From contig OZ244650.1 in NCBI GenBank assembly GCA_965218785.1, positions 992,001 through 1,056,000 on the forward strand: 64,000 nucleotides of DNA, given 5' to 3'. Positions 28,937 to 38,240 of the stretch are shown here, piece by piece. The stretch is from Nitrosopumilus sp. GTDB taxonomy: Archaea > Thermoproteota > Nitrososphaeria > Nitrososphaerales > Nitrosopumilaceae. The notes under the pieces are model-generated. The model worked only from the letters and a program-made list of their open reading frames with translations, made no database searches and was not told the origin of the DNA. The translations under genes were made by a program, and so were the position numbers. Positions within the stretch are counted from its first letter, which is position 1. Each line of letters begins with the position of its first letter.

Positions 28937-29713
28937 ATGATATATACCAAAATAAAACATGCAGAAAAGATTCGAAAATTATGCAAATTACAAAGCATAA
29001 TGGCACATAAACAACACCCAGAAATCGGCTCTAGACTCGGCTTTCAAAAATACAGCAGATATTATTATGAATTAATAAAAAAATTACATAAAGAAAGAGT
29101 GCTAGATGAGAAAGGTGTTTTCGTTGATAATACAATTAATTTATGGTTAACAGAGTTATCTGGAATTTTATCACAAAAAGAGATAAAAGTTTTAGGCAGC
29201 AGGGTACCATTTTCAATATATCTTGATTTATTTCTAAATCCAATAAAAAAAAATCCAAGAGACATACATGACGAATTAAGATTAACACGCAGTTCAACAT
29301 ATTATGCAATTGAAAAACTTGAATCTGAAAATTTAATTGAAAGAACAGATTCCAAAGTCATTGTATCAGATAAACATGAATTTTTTAAATGGCTTACAAA
29401 GTATGTTGAATTATGTTTATCATATACGGATATTACAAAAGAAATTTTTATTTTGTTTGATCTGATGCCTGCATACATTGATGGTCCACAGGCGTTTTAC
29501 ATGGTAAATTATGAACCGGGAAGACCCATGGGAACCTCAAATATGATCATTAGAACACATAAACCATATGTAAAATTTTGGAAGTATGTCATAGATCATG
29601 TGAGCTATTTCAATAGATATCCTAAACAAATTACAGTATTGCCCATTGAAGGAAAAAATGAAATTATATGGATGGATGAAATACCATATGACAAAAATGC
29701 AAAAGAGGAATGA
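28937..29713 (+). CDS. Winged-helix protein (AT-rich, probably acquired)
   Basis: PRDIHDELRLTRSSTYYAIEKLESENLI HTH; followed by an overlapping truncated ORF from about 29688. Confidence 0.65.
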   Translation: MIYTKIKHAEKIRKLCKLQSIMAHKQHPEIGSRLGFQKYSRYYYELIKKLHKERVLDEKGVFVDNTINLWLTELSGILSQKEIKVLGSRVPFSIYLDLFLNPIKKNPRDIHDELRLTRSSTYYAIEKLESENLIERTDSKVIVSDKHEFFKWLTKYVELCLSYTDITKEIFILFDLMPAYIDGPQAFYMVNYEPGRPMGTSNMIIRTHKPYVKFWKYVIDHVSYFNRYPKQITVLPIEGKNEIIWMDEIPYDKNAKEE

Positions 29714-30126
29714 TAATGACGATCAAAAGTTCATGAGATCAATATCTGAATTCTATTCAAATATTTTTCAACATCTAGGTAGAATTACACCTTCGTGTAT
29801 GTGGATTCAGTTTACCATACACTGGATGAACTAATCCTAGTGTTTGAGAGTATGATGAACTGATGGGAAAACATCTTTTGCTATTATATTTTGCAGTCTG
29901 CATTTTTGCCATGTCTGCCAGTTATCAGTTAACTTGCTGTAAAACAGACATTGGATTGACGTTTTAGTTGCGTGTATATGATGATGATGATAAGATGCCA
30001 TCTTACCCAGATTGATGCGCGTGCAGTTTATGAAATGACGTCTTCAGACCATACACCTGAATGTGACTGATACAACGGATCTGTTGGAAAATGATCAAAA
30101 AACTGCAAGATTTCAGCAAAAGATGC

Positions 30127-30309
30127 CTATCGTCTCTTTCTTCTTTGCCCTGGTTTGTTCTGACCTGGAAATCTTCCAAGAAGAAATCTCTTTTTAAAGT
30201 TGCCCTTGTTTCTGAGGCTGGAACTGGTGCCTACAATCTTTCTTCCTTCCACCTTTGGCGTCTGTCCCCTTACTTTTCCCGCCTTGGTAATAGAGCCGTG
30301 TGTTGCCAT
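30127..30309 (-). CDS. rps30e: 30S ribosomal protein S30e
   Basis: MATHGSITKAGKVRGQTPKVE. Confidence 0.95.
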   Translation of the reverse strand: MATHGSITKAGKVRGQTPKVEGRKIVGTSSSLRNKGNFKKRFLLGRFPGQNKPGQRRKRR

Positions 30310-30353
30310 GATGATGAACCAAAATGAGTGAATTTATGTATTTGTATGACCTC

Positions 30354-30938
30354 AAGTTCCGATTGTGTGGGTTGACTGAAAGTTTTATGCAGTCGATGTC
30401 ATGCAGATCCTCGGCGTGCAGGCATGGTTTTTGATGCCTGCAGCAAAGAACTGGAATAAAAAAGGCGGTATCTGAACACTAGTGTCGGCAGTCCCGTATC
30501 CAAATATCATGAAAAACGTCGCGGGGGAAGAATTCGGATTCGAACTGATCATCGTGCCAAAAGACGGCATAAGAGAGAGGATATCACAAAAGAGGGCGAC
30601 AGGTATCCGGTGTTTGCGACAAATCACTTGTGACGGTGATGCCAATGTAATGGTGGTTCCACAGATGTACAGAGGGAATGGGGTATTGGGAACGGATACA
30701 AATGCAAAGGCAGTCCGATTCCGTACCATCAGCACAGACAGATCAGTTAGAACATTCTTGTTTTCATTTCCCTCCTTATTTACAACCTCGGGGTTTTTCT
30801 CAGGATTTACAATGGACACATTTGACTTGTAGACCTGTTGATGTTGATGAGTATTGCAGTACACCGTAGGACATGTTTCAAGACAGATCGCCGGATCCGC
30901 TGTGAGCGGGGTTGATCAAAAACACACAATCGGAACTT
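30354..30938 (+). mobile_element. Deleted ISH3/IS4-superfamily element with terminal inverted repeats
   Basis: 16-bp TIR AAGTTCCGATTGTGTG / CACACAATCGGAACTT; frameshifted FLMPAAKN, EWGIGNGYK (RWGIETGY-like) and RTISTDRSVRTFLF fragments. Confidence 0.8.
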
Positions 30939-30960
30939 TTGTCCTTTCAGTGATTTTTCA

Positions 30961-31839
30961 TTAGTAACGTGTATTTTTCTTCAGATAGTTGTTGACAACC
31001 CACCTAACAAATCGATTCTCTTTTTTGTGCACCTGAGATGTTTCCAATGCTTTAAAATATGGATTGCGTTTTCCACTCTCCAAATTGATTAGCGGATATC
31101 CATGCTTCTTTAGTACAAAGTTCATCATAAGTCTGGATATTCTTCCGTTTCCATCTCTGAATGGATGTACTGTGACAAATCTCTGGTGTACAAGCGCAGC
31201 TAATAGTACGGGATGTATTTTATTTTTGTTTTCTTCATACCATCTAAAAAAACCATCAATCATTTTTCTGACAAGATATCCTGGAGGTGGACTGTATTCA
31301 CTTCCCCTTATGGCCACGTTTGTTGTACGAATTTTTCCCGCCTTTTCTGGTTCTGTGTCTTTTAGCAATTGTTTATGCCATTCTACAACCAGGTCTTCAC
31401 TAAGATCATTTTCATATTGCATCATCTCATCAAAGATTCTGTCATGAGCCTCCGTTTCTTTTATGTCGTACATTGGTTTTCCATTGGGAGAGAGTCCAGA
31501 TTCCAAAAGATCAATGGTTTCCTTGTATGTTAGTTTTGAGCCTTCAATTTTTTGTGTATCATAGTTGTATTTCATTGAAAATTGCTTGCTCTTTTTCTGC
31601 TGTTCTTCCTTAGTTAAGCTATCTTTTTCCTTTTTATAATTTTGACGTATCTGCTCCAAGGAAGACTCGTAATCTTCAAGATAGACTTCTCTTTCAAAGT
31701 CATCTTTTTGTTCATCAAGATCATCTGGGATAGTTAATCCCAAATACCTATCTCTCTGTTTTCTTCCACCTTTCCTAGAATCGTGGTATAGATAATAGTA
31801 GTACTTTTTACCTCTTTTTCTTTTTCTTACGCTTACCAT
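30961..31839 (-). CDS. Fic family AMPylase with an N-terminal beta-sheet DNA-binding-like domain
   Basis: HPFRDGNGRISR catalytic motif; TQKIEG autoinhibitory motif; KKYYYYLYH...RYLG N-terminus. Confidence 0.92.
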   Translation of the reverse strand: MVSVRKRKRGKKYYYYLYHDSRKGGRKQRDRYLGLTIPDDLDEQKDDFEREVYLEDYESSLEQIRQNYKKEKDSLTKEEQQKKSKQFSMKYNYDTQKIEGSKLTYKETIDLLESGLSPNGKPMYDIKETEAHDRIFDEMMQYENDLSEDLVVEWHKQLLKDTEPEKAGKIRTTNVAIRGSEYSPPPGYLVRKMIDGFFRWYEENKNKIHPVLLAALVHQRFVTVHPFRDGNGRISRLMMNFVLKKHGYPLINLESGKRNPYFKALETSQVHKKENRFVRWVVNNYLKKNTRY

Positions 31840-31978
31840 GTATTTATTGTCCAGGATAAATTAATAAAACTTACTAATTTTTATTAAAACACCTAGGCAA
31901 GATTCATGCCTGATTGCACAGGATAAATCATAATCTGTCCAGGAATAATCATGGATTTTTATATATTTTTATTAAAAC

Positions 31979-32072
31979 AAGTCCGATTGTTTGCAGTATC
32001 GTGGTGGATGTTTCAAGACAAACCTATGGATCCGCCGTGAGTGGTTTGATCAAAGGTGCACAATCGTAACTT
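31979..32072 (+). mobile_element. ~94-bp MITE derived from the ISH3-like element
   Basis: AAGTCCGATTGT ... CACAATCGTAACTT ends; body aligns with 30850-30938. Confidence 0.7.
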
Positions 32073-32080
32073 TTGGGCCC

Positions 32081-33814
32081 CTACCAATACCTTGCCTTTA
32101 CAGTCTCTATGACTTTTTCATGCTCCCTGCTCTTTCTGCGTGCATATCTCTCCATTGCACCAAGTGGAACGCCGCCAAGGGATCTTGCTATGGCATTAAA
32201 AAAGTACCTCCGTGGACCCCTAGAACCAGTCCGGGTCATGAATTTTTGAATGCCATACTTGAAGTTGTGCTGCCATGTCTTGTAAAGGACTCCCAGCTGG
32301 GCCGGCGTCATTTCATTTCCAATGTTGAAGAAATCTGATTTTTCTAACAATCCGATCGGGACAAACGTAAGCGCGGTGGCAGTAAACATCGAGTCGGGCT
32401 GCTCCTGTTCTAATTCGTTGATCAGGCGTATTGTTTCCCAAGAGTCTTCTGGTGTCTCATCATTGTCAAGACCCATGATTAACGTAAATGCGGGAATCCA
32501 GTAATTCTCATTTAGTGTCTTTACACCCTCCTTTACAACCCAGTGCCATTCATCAGGGGTGTATGGCGCAAGTTTTCTGTCTGCGTATTTGCCAATCAAC
32601 CTCAAACTTCCGGTCTCAAATCCTGCCTGGATGCCAATCATGTTGTCAGGTCCTGCCTTTATGATTTTTGAAAGATTCGGAAGCAGTCTTTCATCAGCTA
32701 TCGCACCTGCCAGCGTTCCATGTGTGGGGTTTGTATGCTCCACACCCGTAGACATGATTGCAGTGAACAGTTCCTCCAAGGCCTCCCTGTTTGGCTCCAT
32801 CCCCTTTGCGGTTCTCGGATCCATTCCATAAACAAAAATATCATCACTGTGAATCCATGCGGATTTTGAACCGCCCTTTTTCATGTTGACTTCGATCTCT
32901 CTTTTGACCTTTTCTGGCGGGTAATACCTCAGTGATCTTAACGTAACATCGCAGAACTTGCATCCCCTGCCGCATCCGCGCATCACCTCGACCATTCCGT
33001 GCATGCTGGGCTCTACAATGTCCGGAATTTCCTCCATGTCCGGTCTGTCCCAAAAATTGACAAATCTTGCATGAATCTTTTTCCCGTTTCTTTCAAATTC
33101 CTTGATGTTAACTTTAAAGTCGCTTCGCTTTCTGAAGGGATCCATGTTTTCAAAGTCGCCGTTGATCAAATAATTGAAGAATCTTCCCGCATGTCCGTCA
33201 ATCTCTGGCGCAATGCCTCCAAGCTCCCCTTCTAGTACGGCATAGATTCCAAACTCCTCTATCTTTTCGGGATCATAGTTGTACTGCCAGGTTCCAGACG
33301 CACCGGAGATGACTTTGGCCTTGCTTCCGGTTCTTGCCTTGGCGGCCTTGATTCTGTGGTGCAGTTCGGTGTTGTAAAATTCGTCATAAGAGATTTGTTT
33401 TCTGCCATAAGTAAATGTCATGGTAACAGGACCCATTCCAAGAGGATCCATTTCATAGGTGCCGACGACCTGCGTATCTGGTCCGATGAACTGTTCTATG
33501 TGATCAGGATGGGCAACAACGACTTCCTGCCTGCTAAATCCGTCCCGTAACAGGCCTGCCTCCAGTTTTCTCAATCCATACGGTGCATAATTTGCAACGC
33601 CGTTTGTGTGGGGAATGTAATTGCAGATAAAATCAAAGAGAATCTTCGGGGTAACCTGTCTTCCGAGAATCTTGTACCACATGCTGTTTTTGTCCCTGTT
33701 TGGATCAATTGCAGGAGCGCATCCAAAAAAGGTAGCCAGAGACAATCCCCTGTACGGGGACATTAAAGTACGATCGGCAGTCAGAACAATTTTTGGGGTT
33801 CCCATATCCTTCAC
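32081..33814 (-). CDS. Radical SAM protein, GDGT ring synthase (GrsA/B)-like
   Basis: VLTADRTLMS, APYGLRKLEA, DPLGMGP, EVMRGCGRGCKFCDVTLR, IHSDD.FVYG match recalled Grs-family motifs. Confidence 0.75.
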   Translation of the reverse strand: MKDMGTPKIVLTADRTLMSPYRGLSLATFFGCAPAIDPNRDKNSMWYKILGRQVTPKILFDFICNYIPHTNGVANYAPYGLRKLEAGLLRDGFSRQEVVVAHPDHIEQFIGPDTQVVGTYEMDPLGMGPVTMTFTYGRKQISYDEFYNTELHHRIKAAKARTGSKAKVISGASGTWQYNYDPEKIEEFGIYAVLEGELGGIAPEIDGHAGRFFNYLINGDFENMDPFRKRSDFKVNIKEFERNGKKIHARFVNFWDRPDMEEIPDIVEPSMHGMVEVMRGCGRGCKFCDVTLRSLRYYPPEKVKREIEVNMKKGGSKSAWIHSDDIFVYGMDPRTAKGMEPNREALEELFTAIMSTGVEHTNPTHGTLAGAIADERLLPNLSKIIKAGPDNMIGIQAGFETGSLRLIGKYADRKLAPYTPDEWHWVVKEGVKTLNENYWIPAFTLIMGLDNDETPEDSWETIRLINELEQEQPDSMFTATALTFVPIGLLEKSDFFNIGNEMTPAQLGVLYKTWQHNFKYGIQKFMTRTGSRGPRRYFFNAIARSLGGVPLGAMERYARRKSREHEKVIETVKARYW

Positions 33815-33855
33815 GAAAACAATTTTTTGATTTAGTTTAAACCTTGCTAGTATGA

Positions 33856-34668
33856 CTAGTAATCTTCCAAAATTCCTGCCTTGTTCCTGTGAAAACGTCC
33901 AAATTCCCTGTTTGAGGAAAGATGCTGACCATCAAATATGGTTCCGTCCCTGCATACCAGATCCTCGCCGGCACAACAGCTGCCACAGATCCCAACCCCG
34001 CACTTCATCATCCTCTCAAGACTGGCCTGAACAAACATTCCACGGGAATGAGCAGACTGGACTGTTTTGTACATCATGATTTCAGGTCCGCAGACGTATA
34101 CTGCATCAAAACGGGTCTCACCAAGAATCTTTTCAACCAAATCAGTTACAAATCCCTTCTTGCCATAACTCCCATCATCAGTTGAGACCGTTACTTTGTG
34201 GGGGTTTTTCTCCAAAAGGCAGTTTGCCAGATCTTCAAAAAAAACCTCGTCTTTTGATTTTGCACCGATTAGGACGGTAACATCGTCTGCCGGTTTTACA
34301 AATGTGAGCAGCCGCATCATGGGAACAAGACCTGTTCCGCCGCCCACTAGCAGCAGTCTTCCCTCCCTAAGATCAAAAGAGTTGCCATACGGGCCCCTGA
34401 TTCCAATCTGCTCCCCCGCCCTGATATTGTACAGTCCGGTGGATGCAGGTCCGTGTCTTCTTACTGTAAATGCCGCCTTTCCTGATTCGCGCGATATCAT
34501 CACACTCATGGGCAGTTCGTTTATTCCGGGAATCCAGACCATTGCAAACTGTCCGGGGAGGACGTTTGACATTATCTCATCTGAGAAGATCAGGGTTCGA
34601 ACAGTGGGCGTCTCATCAACAACCTTTTCAACTGTGACGATTGTCGGGCAGTTAGGATTTCTTTGCAA
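33856..34668 (-). CDS. pyrK: Dihydroorotate dehydrogenase electron transfer subunit
   Basis: PGQFAM, RGPYGNSF, GGGTG, CGPE, MKCGVGICGSC...VC.DG. Confidence 0.93.
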   Translation of the reverse strand: MQRNPNCPTIVTVEKVVDETPTVRTLIFSDEIMSNVLPGQFAMVWIPGINELPMSVMISRESGKAAFTVRRHGPASTGLYNIRAGEQIGIRGPYGNSFDLREGRLLLVGGGTGLVPMMRLLTFVKPADDVTVLIGAKSKDEVFFEDLANCLLEKNPHKVTVSTDDGSYGKKGFVTDLVEKILGETRFDAVYVCGPEIMMYKTVQSAHSRGMFVQASLERMMKCGVGICGSCCAGEDLVCRDGTIFDGQHLSSNREFGRFHRNKAGILEDY

Positions 34669-35563
34669 GACCCGTCATCTCCCCCAACTTTGAAAAATTA
34701 TTTCTCTTCATATATGAAATTATCCCGTTGTTGATATCCTCAAACACACTTATCCAGTTATCGCCTACCGCGCTGCCGACCTGTACCGCCGATGCACCTG
34801 CAAGGAAAAATTCTACGGCATCCTCCCACGTAGATACGCCGCCACAGCCGATTACCGGAACGTCGTATTTTGAAGAGATCTCATAAACGCATCTTAGTGC
34901 AATCGGCTTAATCGGGGTGCCAGATAACCCGCCAAACCTGTTACTTAAAATCGGACGTTTTGTTTCAATGTTGATTGCCATTGCCCTGACGGTGTTGATG
35001 GCAGTAACTGCATCAATTCCGGAATCAACTGCGGCACCGACGGTCTTTAGATAATGACTGGTACCCAAACCGACCTTGGCAACTACCGGAACATCCGTAG
35101 AGTCCTTGACTGCCGTCACGATTTTTTTTACGAGCTCCGGATCATCGCCTACCTCCAAACCGACCTTGGCTACGTGGGGACACGACAGATTCAGCTCGTA
35201 TGCCGTCACTTTGCAGTCTGCAAACTGCTTTATCATAAATTCAAAGTCTTCTGGAATTGAGCCAACCAGGCTTACTATGATTGGAACGTCCCTGTTTGAC
35301 TCTATCATTTTGGCAAAGTTCGGCGCTCCTGGATTTGAGAGTCCAACTGCATTAATCCAGCCATCGCCTTTTACGCCAAAAATGGTAGGATTTGGATATC
35401 CATCCCACGGCTCCCTGCTAAGGGACTTTGTCACTACTGCCCCTGCTCCGGAGCGATACAGCCTGTTAAATACATCCAGTGATATTCCAAGTATTCCTGA
35501 TGCCAGCATTACTGGCCTCTCCAGGCGAATCGGACCTATCAGAGTTGAAAGATCGGGCTCCAT
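34652..35563 (-). CDS. pyrD: Dihydroorotate dehydrogenase catalytic subunit
   Basis: ASG, NAVGLSNPG, ELNLSCPH, GGLSG..IKP. Confidence 0.95.
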   Translation of the reverse strand: MEPDLSTLIGPIRLERPVMLASGILGISLDVFNRLYRSGAGAVVTKSLSREPWDGYPNPTIFGVKGDGWINAVGLSNPGAPNFAKMIESNRDVPIIVSLVGSIPEDFEFMIKQFADCKVTAYELNLSCPHVAKVGLEVGDDPELVKKIVTAVKDSTDVPVVAKVGLGTSHYLKTVGAAVDSGIDAVTAINTVRAMAINIETKRPILSNRFGGLSGTPIKPIALRCVYEISSKYDVPVIGCGGVSTWEDAVEFFLAGASAVQVGSAVGDNWISVFEDINNGIISYMKRNNFSKLGEMTGLAKKS

Positions 35564-35647
35564 CCTGATTGATGAACCTCGTTTCGAATATAACAGTTAT
35601 TTACAATTCTAGTACCTTTTTTAAAGGTGGTTTATATTGATCTAGTC

Positions 35648-36904
35648 ATGTATTCTGTGATTTTAACAGAACTTGGAATCTCAGTCTTCAATGATGGAAG
35701 ATTTGAAAAGGCGTTTTCCTTCTCAAATCCTGTCAAGGAATATCTTTTGATAAAAAACAAGGAATCAAAACTAAACGAGCTGATAAATTATCTGGGCTCA
35801 ATTCAGAGGGTGGTCTCAGTCAGTGACGAGTCGCTATTGGCAATTTTGAAAAAATACTCCGTTGACTGTCTGCTCATGGATGCCGGCCAGCTAGAAACGA
35901 TACAGTCTACCAAACCGCAGATAATCGTCGATTCGGGATTTGCCTCGAATCCACAAGACGCGCTGGGAAAATTAAGGGAGTTTGCACTGGGATTTTCATC
36001 TTCAAAGGTGACTGAGGTATCTGCAAGCCCGGATCTTCACATCATCCAGGCAATTAACTCGTTAGATGAGATTGACAAGATAACAAACGGGCTGAGCTCC
36101 CGACTCCGGGAATGGTATGGCCTGCACTTTCCAGAACTAGACAACATGATAGACAGTATCAACGGATATGCGCAAATTGTACTGGCAGGAAAACGCGAAT
36201 CCCTGACAAAACAGGTTTTTGAGGATGCGGGGTTTCCAGAATCTAAAGTCGAGATGCTGAATTTGATTTCATCAAAGAGTCGGGGCGGGGATATCTCCGA
36301 TGTCAATCTGTCAATAGTGCAGTCAATTGCAAAACAGATACTGGACTTTCATGATTTACGTAAAAAACTTGAGGAACACGTCGAATCCGAGATGGTGGAG
36401 ATTGCCCCAAACCTTTCGGTAATACTGGGATCTGCAGTGGGTGCAAGAATTTTGGGAAGGGCGGGAAGTCTCAAAAGACTGGCATCATTTCCTGCAAGTA
36501 CGATACAGGTTCTAGGTGCAGAAAAAGCACTGTTTAGATCATTGAAGACAGGTTCACAACCGCCAAAGCACGGGTTGTTATTCCAACATACGCTGGTTCA
36601 TGCAGCTCCGCGATGGCAGAGGGGGAAGATTGCCCGTGCAATTGCCGCAAAGGCAGTCATTGCCGCAAGAGTTGATGTCTACGGGGAGGGATTAAACGAG
36701 ACCCTGCTTGAAAAACTCAACATCCGAGTGGATGAAATAGGCAAAAAGTATGAAAACCCGACTGAAAAAGACATCAGAAGACCACAGTTATTCAAACGGG
36801 ATGGTGGAAACTTTAGGGATAACAAAAGAGAGGGCGGCAGGAAATACAGGGAACGATCAGGATCAAACAAAAATAAAAAGAGAAAAAAGTTTGGAAGAAG
36901 ATAA
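35648..36904 (+). CDS. nop5: C/D box RNP protein Nop5 (Nop56/58)
   Basis: REWYGLHFPEL, PASTIQVLGAEKALF, PKHG. Confidence 0.95.
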   Translation: MYSVILTELGISVFNDGRFEKAFSFSNPVKEYLLIKNKESKLNELINYLGSIQRVVSVSDESLLAILKKYSVDCLLMDAGQLETIQSTKPQIIVDSGFASNPQDALGKLREFALGFSSSKVTEVSASPDLHIIQAINSLDEIDKITNGLSSRLREWYGLHFPELDNMIDSINGYAQIVLAGKRESLTKQVFEDAGFPESKVEMLNLISSKSRGGDISDVNLSIVQSIAKQILDFHDLRKKLEEHVESEMVEIAPNLSVILGSAVGARILGRAGSLKRLASFPASTIQVLGAEKALFRSLKTGSQPPKHGLLFQHTLVHAAPRWQRGKIARAIAAKAVIAARVDVYGEGLNETLLEKLNIRVDEIGKKYENPTEKDIRRPQLFKRDGGNFRDNKREGGRKYRERSGSNKNKKRKKFGRR

Positions 36905-37565
36905 CCTGCCATTTTTTTGGATTCCATCAGAAGGCGAGAAAAAACTGGCAACTGCAAATCTGGTTCCCGGAAACAGGGTATACAAGGAAAAACTGATCAT
37001 AAAAAAGGGGATCGAATACAGGCTGTGGGATCCGTTTAGAAGCAAACTGGCAGCATCCATAATGAACGACCTTGAAGAGTTTCCATTTACAAACAAGACC
37101 AAGGTTCTATACATTGGGGCATCAACTGGTACTACGGTGAGTCATATCTCAGATATGGTCGGGCCAGGCGGAATAATTTTTGCAGTCGAGCATGCAAGCA
37201 GGGTCGCAAGGGATTTTCTGGACAGGGTCGCATCATACCGATCAAATATCATTCCAATCCTGCAGGATGCGCGAAGACCAAGGGAGTATTTCTCCGTATT
37301 TGGGAGAGTTGACGTGGTGTATGTGGATATTGCACAGCCTGATCAGACGGAGATCGCGATAAGAAACTGTGAAATGTTTCTAAAAAAGGGAGGAATCCTC
37401 TTTTTGGTTGTTAAAACAAGAAGCATCGATGTCACAAAGGCACACAAGAAGATTATGAAGGAAGAGACAGAAAAACTGGAAAGAGATTTTGATGTTTTGC
37501 AGTCTATTGACCTGCATCCATATGACAAATATCATGCTATGATAACTGCAAGATATGCAGATTAA
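36891..37565 (+). CDS. flpA: Fibrillarin-like rRNA/tRNA 2'-O-methyltransferase
   Basis: EYRLWDPFRSKLAA, LYIGASTGTTVSH, DIAQPDQ; likely TTG start at 36891. Confidence 0.95.
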   Translation: MEEDNLPFFWIPSEGEKKLATANLVPGNRVYKEKLIIKKGIEYRLWDPFRSKLAASIMNDLEEFPFTNKTKVLYIGASTGTTVSHISDMVGPGGIIFAVEHASRVARDFLDRVASYRSNIIPILQDARRPREYFSVFGRVDVVYVDIAQPDQTEIAIRNCEMFLKKGGILFLVVKTRSIDVTKAHKKIMKEETEKLERDFDVLQSIDLHPYDKYHAMITARYAD

Positions 37566-38182
37566 TTTCCGTCCATGATTTTCAGGACAGGCTTCCAGCT
37601 TTTGCGCACAAAGCTTGGCATGACGTGGTTTGTTTTATAGTATCTTCTGACAAATTTCACGCTTGTTGAATCCGAGGGATATCCACTGCCAAGATCATGG
37701 CTCTTTCTCAGCCTTGCAATTGCCCTGTCCCGTGTGACTTTTGCAAGGATGGATGCGGCTGAAACTATTACAAACCTGCTGTCTGCGTGGTGGTATGATC
37801 TTATTTTGTGATTCTCTGATAGCTGTGAGATCTTTTTTCCGAATCTTTTTGGATTGACATCGCACGAATCCACATATGACGTATCGGAATTCAGTCTTGA
37901 TACCACCTTTGCCATATATCTTGCCTCCAAATCATTCAAACGATGATGCCTGACGTTGGCATCAATGGTTCTTGGAGGGATTTTTGTGATGTAATAGTCG
38001 TCGGCGACCCTGATGATTTTTTTATAAAGATCTTCGCGCCGTCTGGGGGAAAGTTTTTTTGAATCTTTGACCCCCAACGAGGAAAGGCTCCTTAGCTTTT
38101 TTTTATCCAGAGAAATACCCGCTATGACCAGCGGACCCAGCATGGAACCCCGTCCGGCATCATCAATTCCGCAAATCTGCAC
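37562..38182 (-). CDS. rnhB: Ribonuclease HII
   Basis: GIDDAGRG, DSKKL, SAASILAKV, GSGYPSD. Confidence 0.95.
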   Translation of the reverse strand: MQICGIDDAGRGSMLGPLVIAGISLDKKKLRSLSSLGVKDSKKLSPRRREDLYKKIIRVADDYYITKIPPRTIDANVRHHRLNDLEARYMAKVVSRLNSDTSYVDSCDVNPKRFGKKISQLSENHKIRSYHHADSRFVIVSAASILAKVTRDRAIARLRKSHDLGSGYPSDSTSVKFVRRYYKTNHVMPSFVRKSWKPVLKIMDGN

Positions 38183-38240
38183 GAATTCTGTCCCAAGACA
38201 CAAGTATTAAACCGTTATACGCCAAAAAAATTGAAAGCAA

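Noticed and set aside
29975-30070. C/D box sRNA (ATGATGA ... CTGA)
   Set aside because: The C-box lies in a GAT microsatellite, with no clear C'/D' boxes or terminal stem
30385-30864. 159-aa minus-strand and 116-aa plus-strand ORFs as real genes
   Set aside because: They are the antisense shadow and fragments of the decayed ISH3-like transposase
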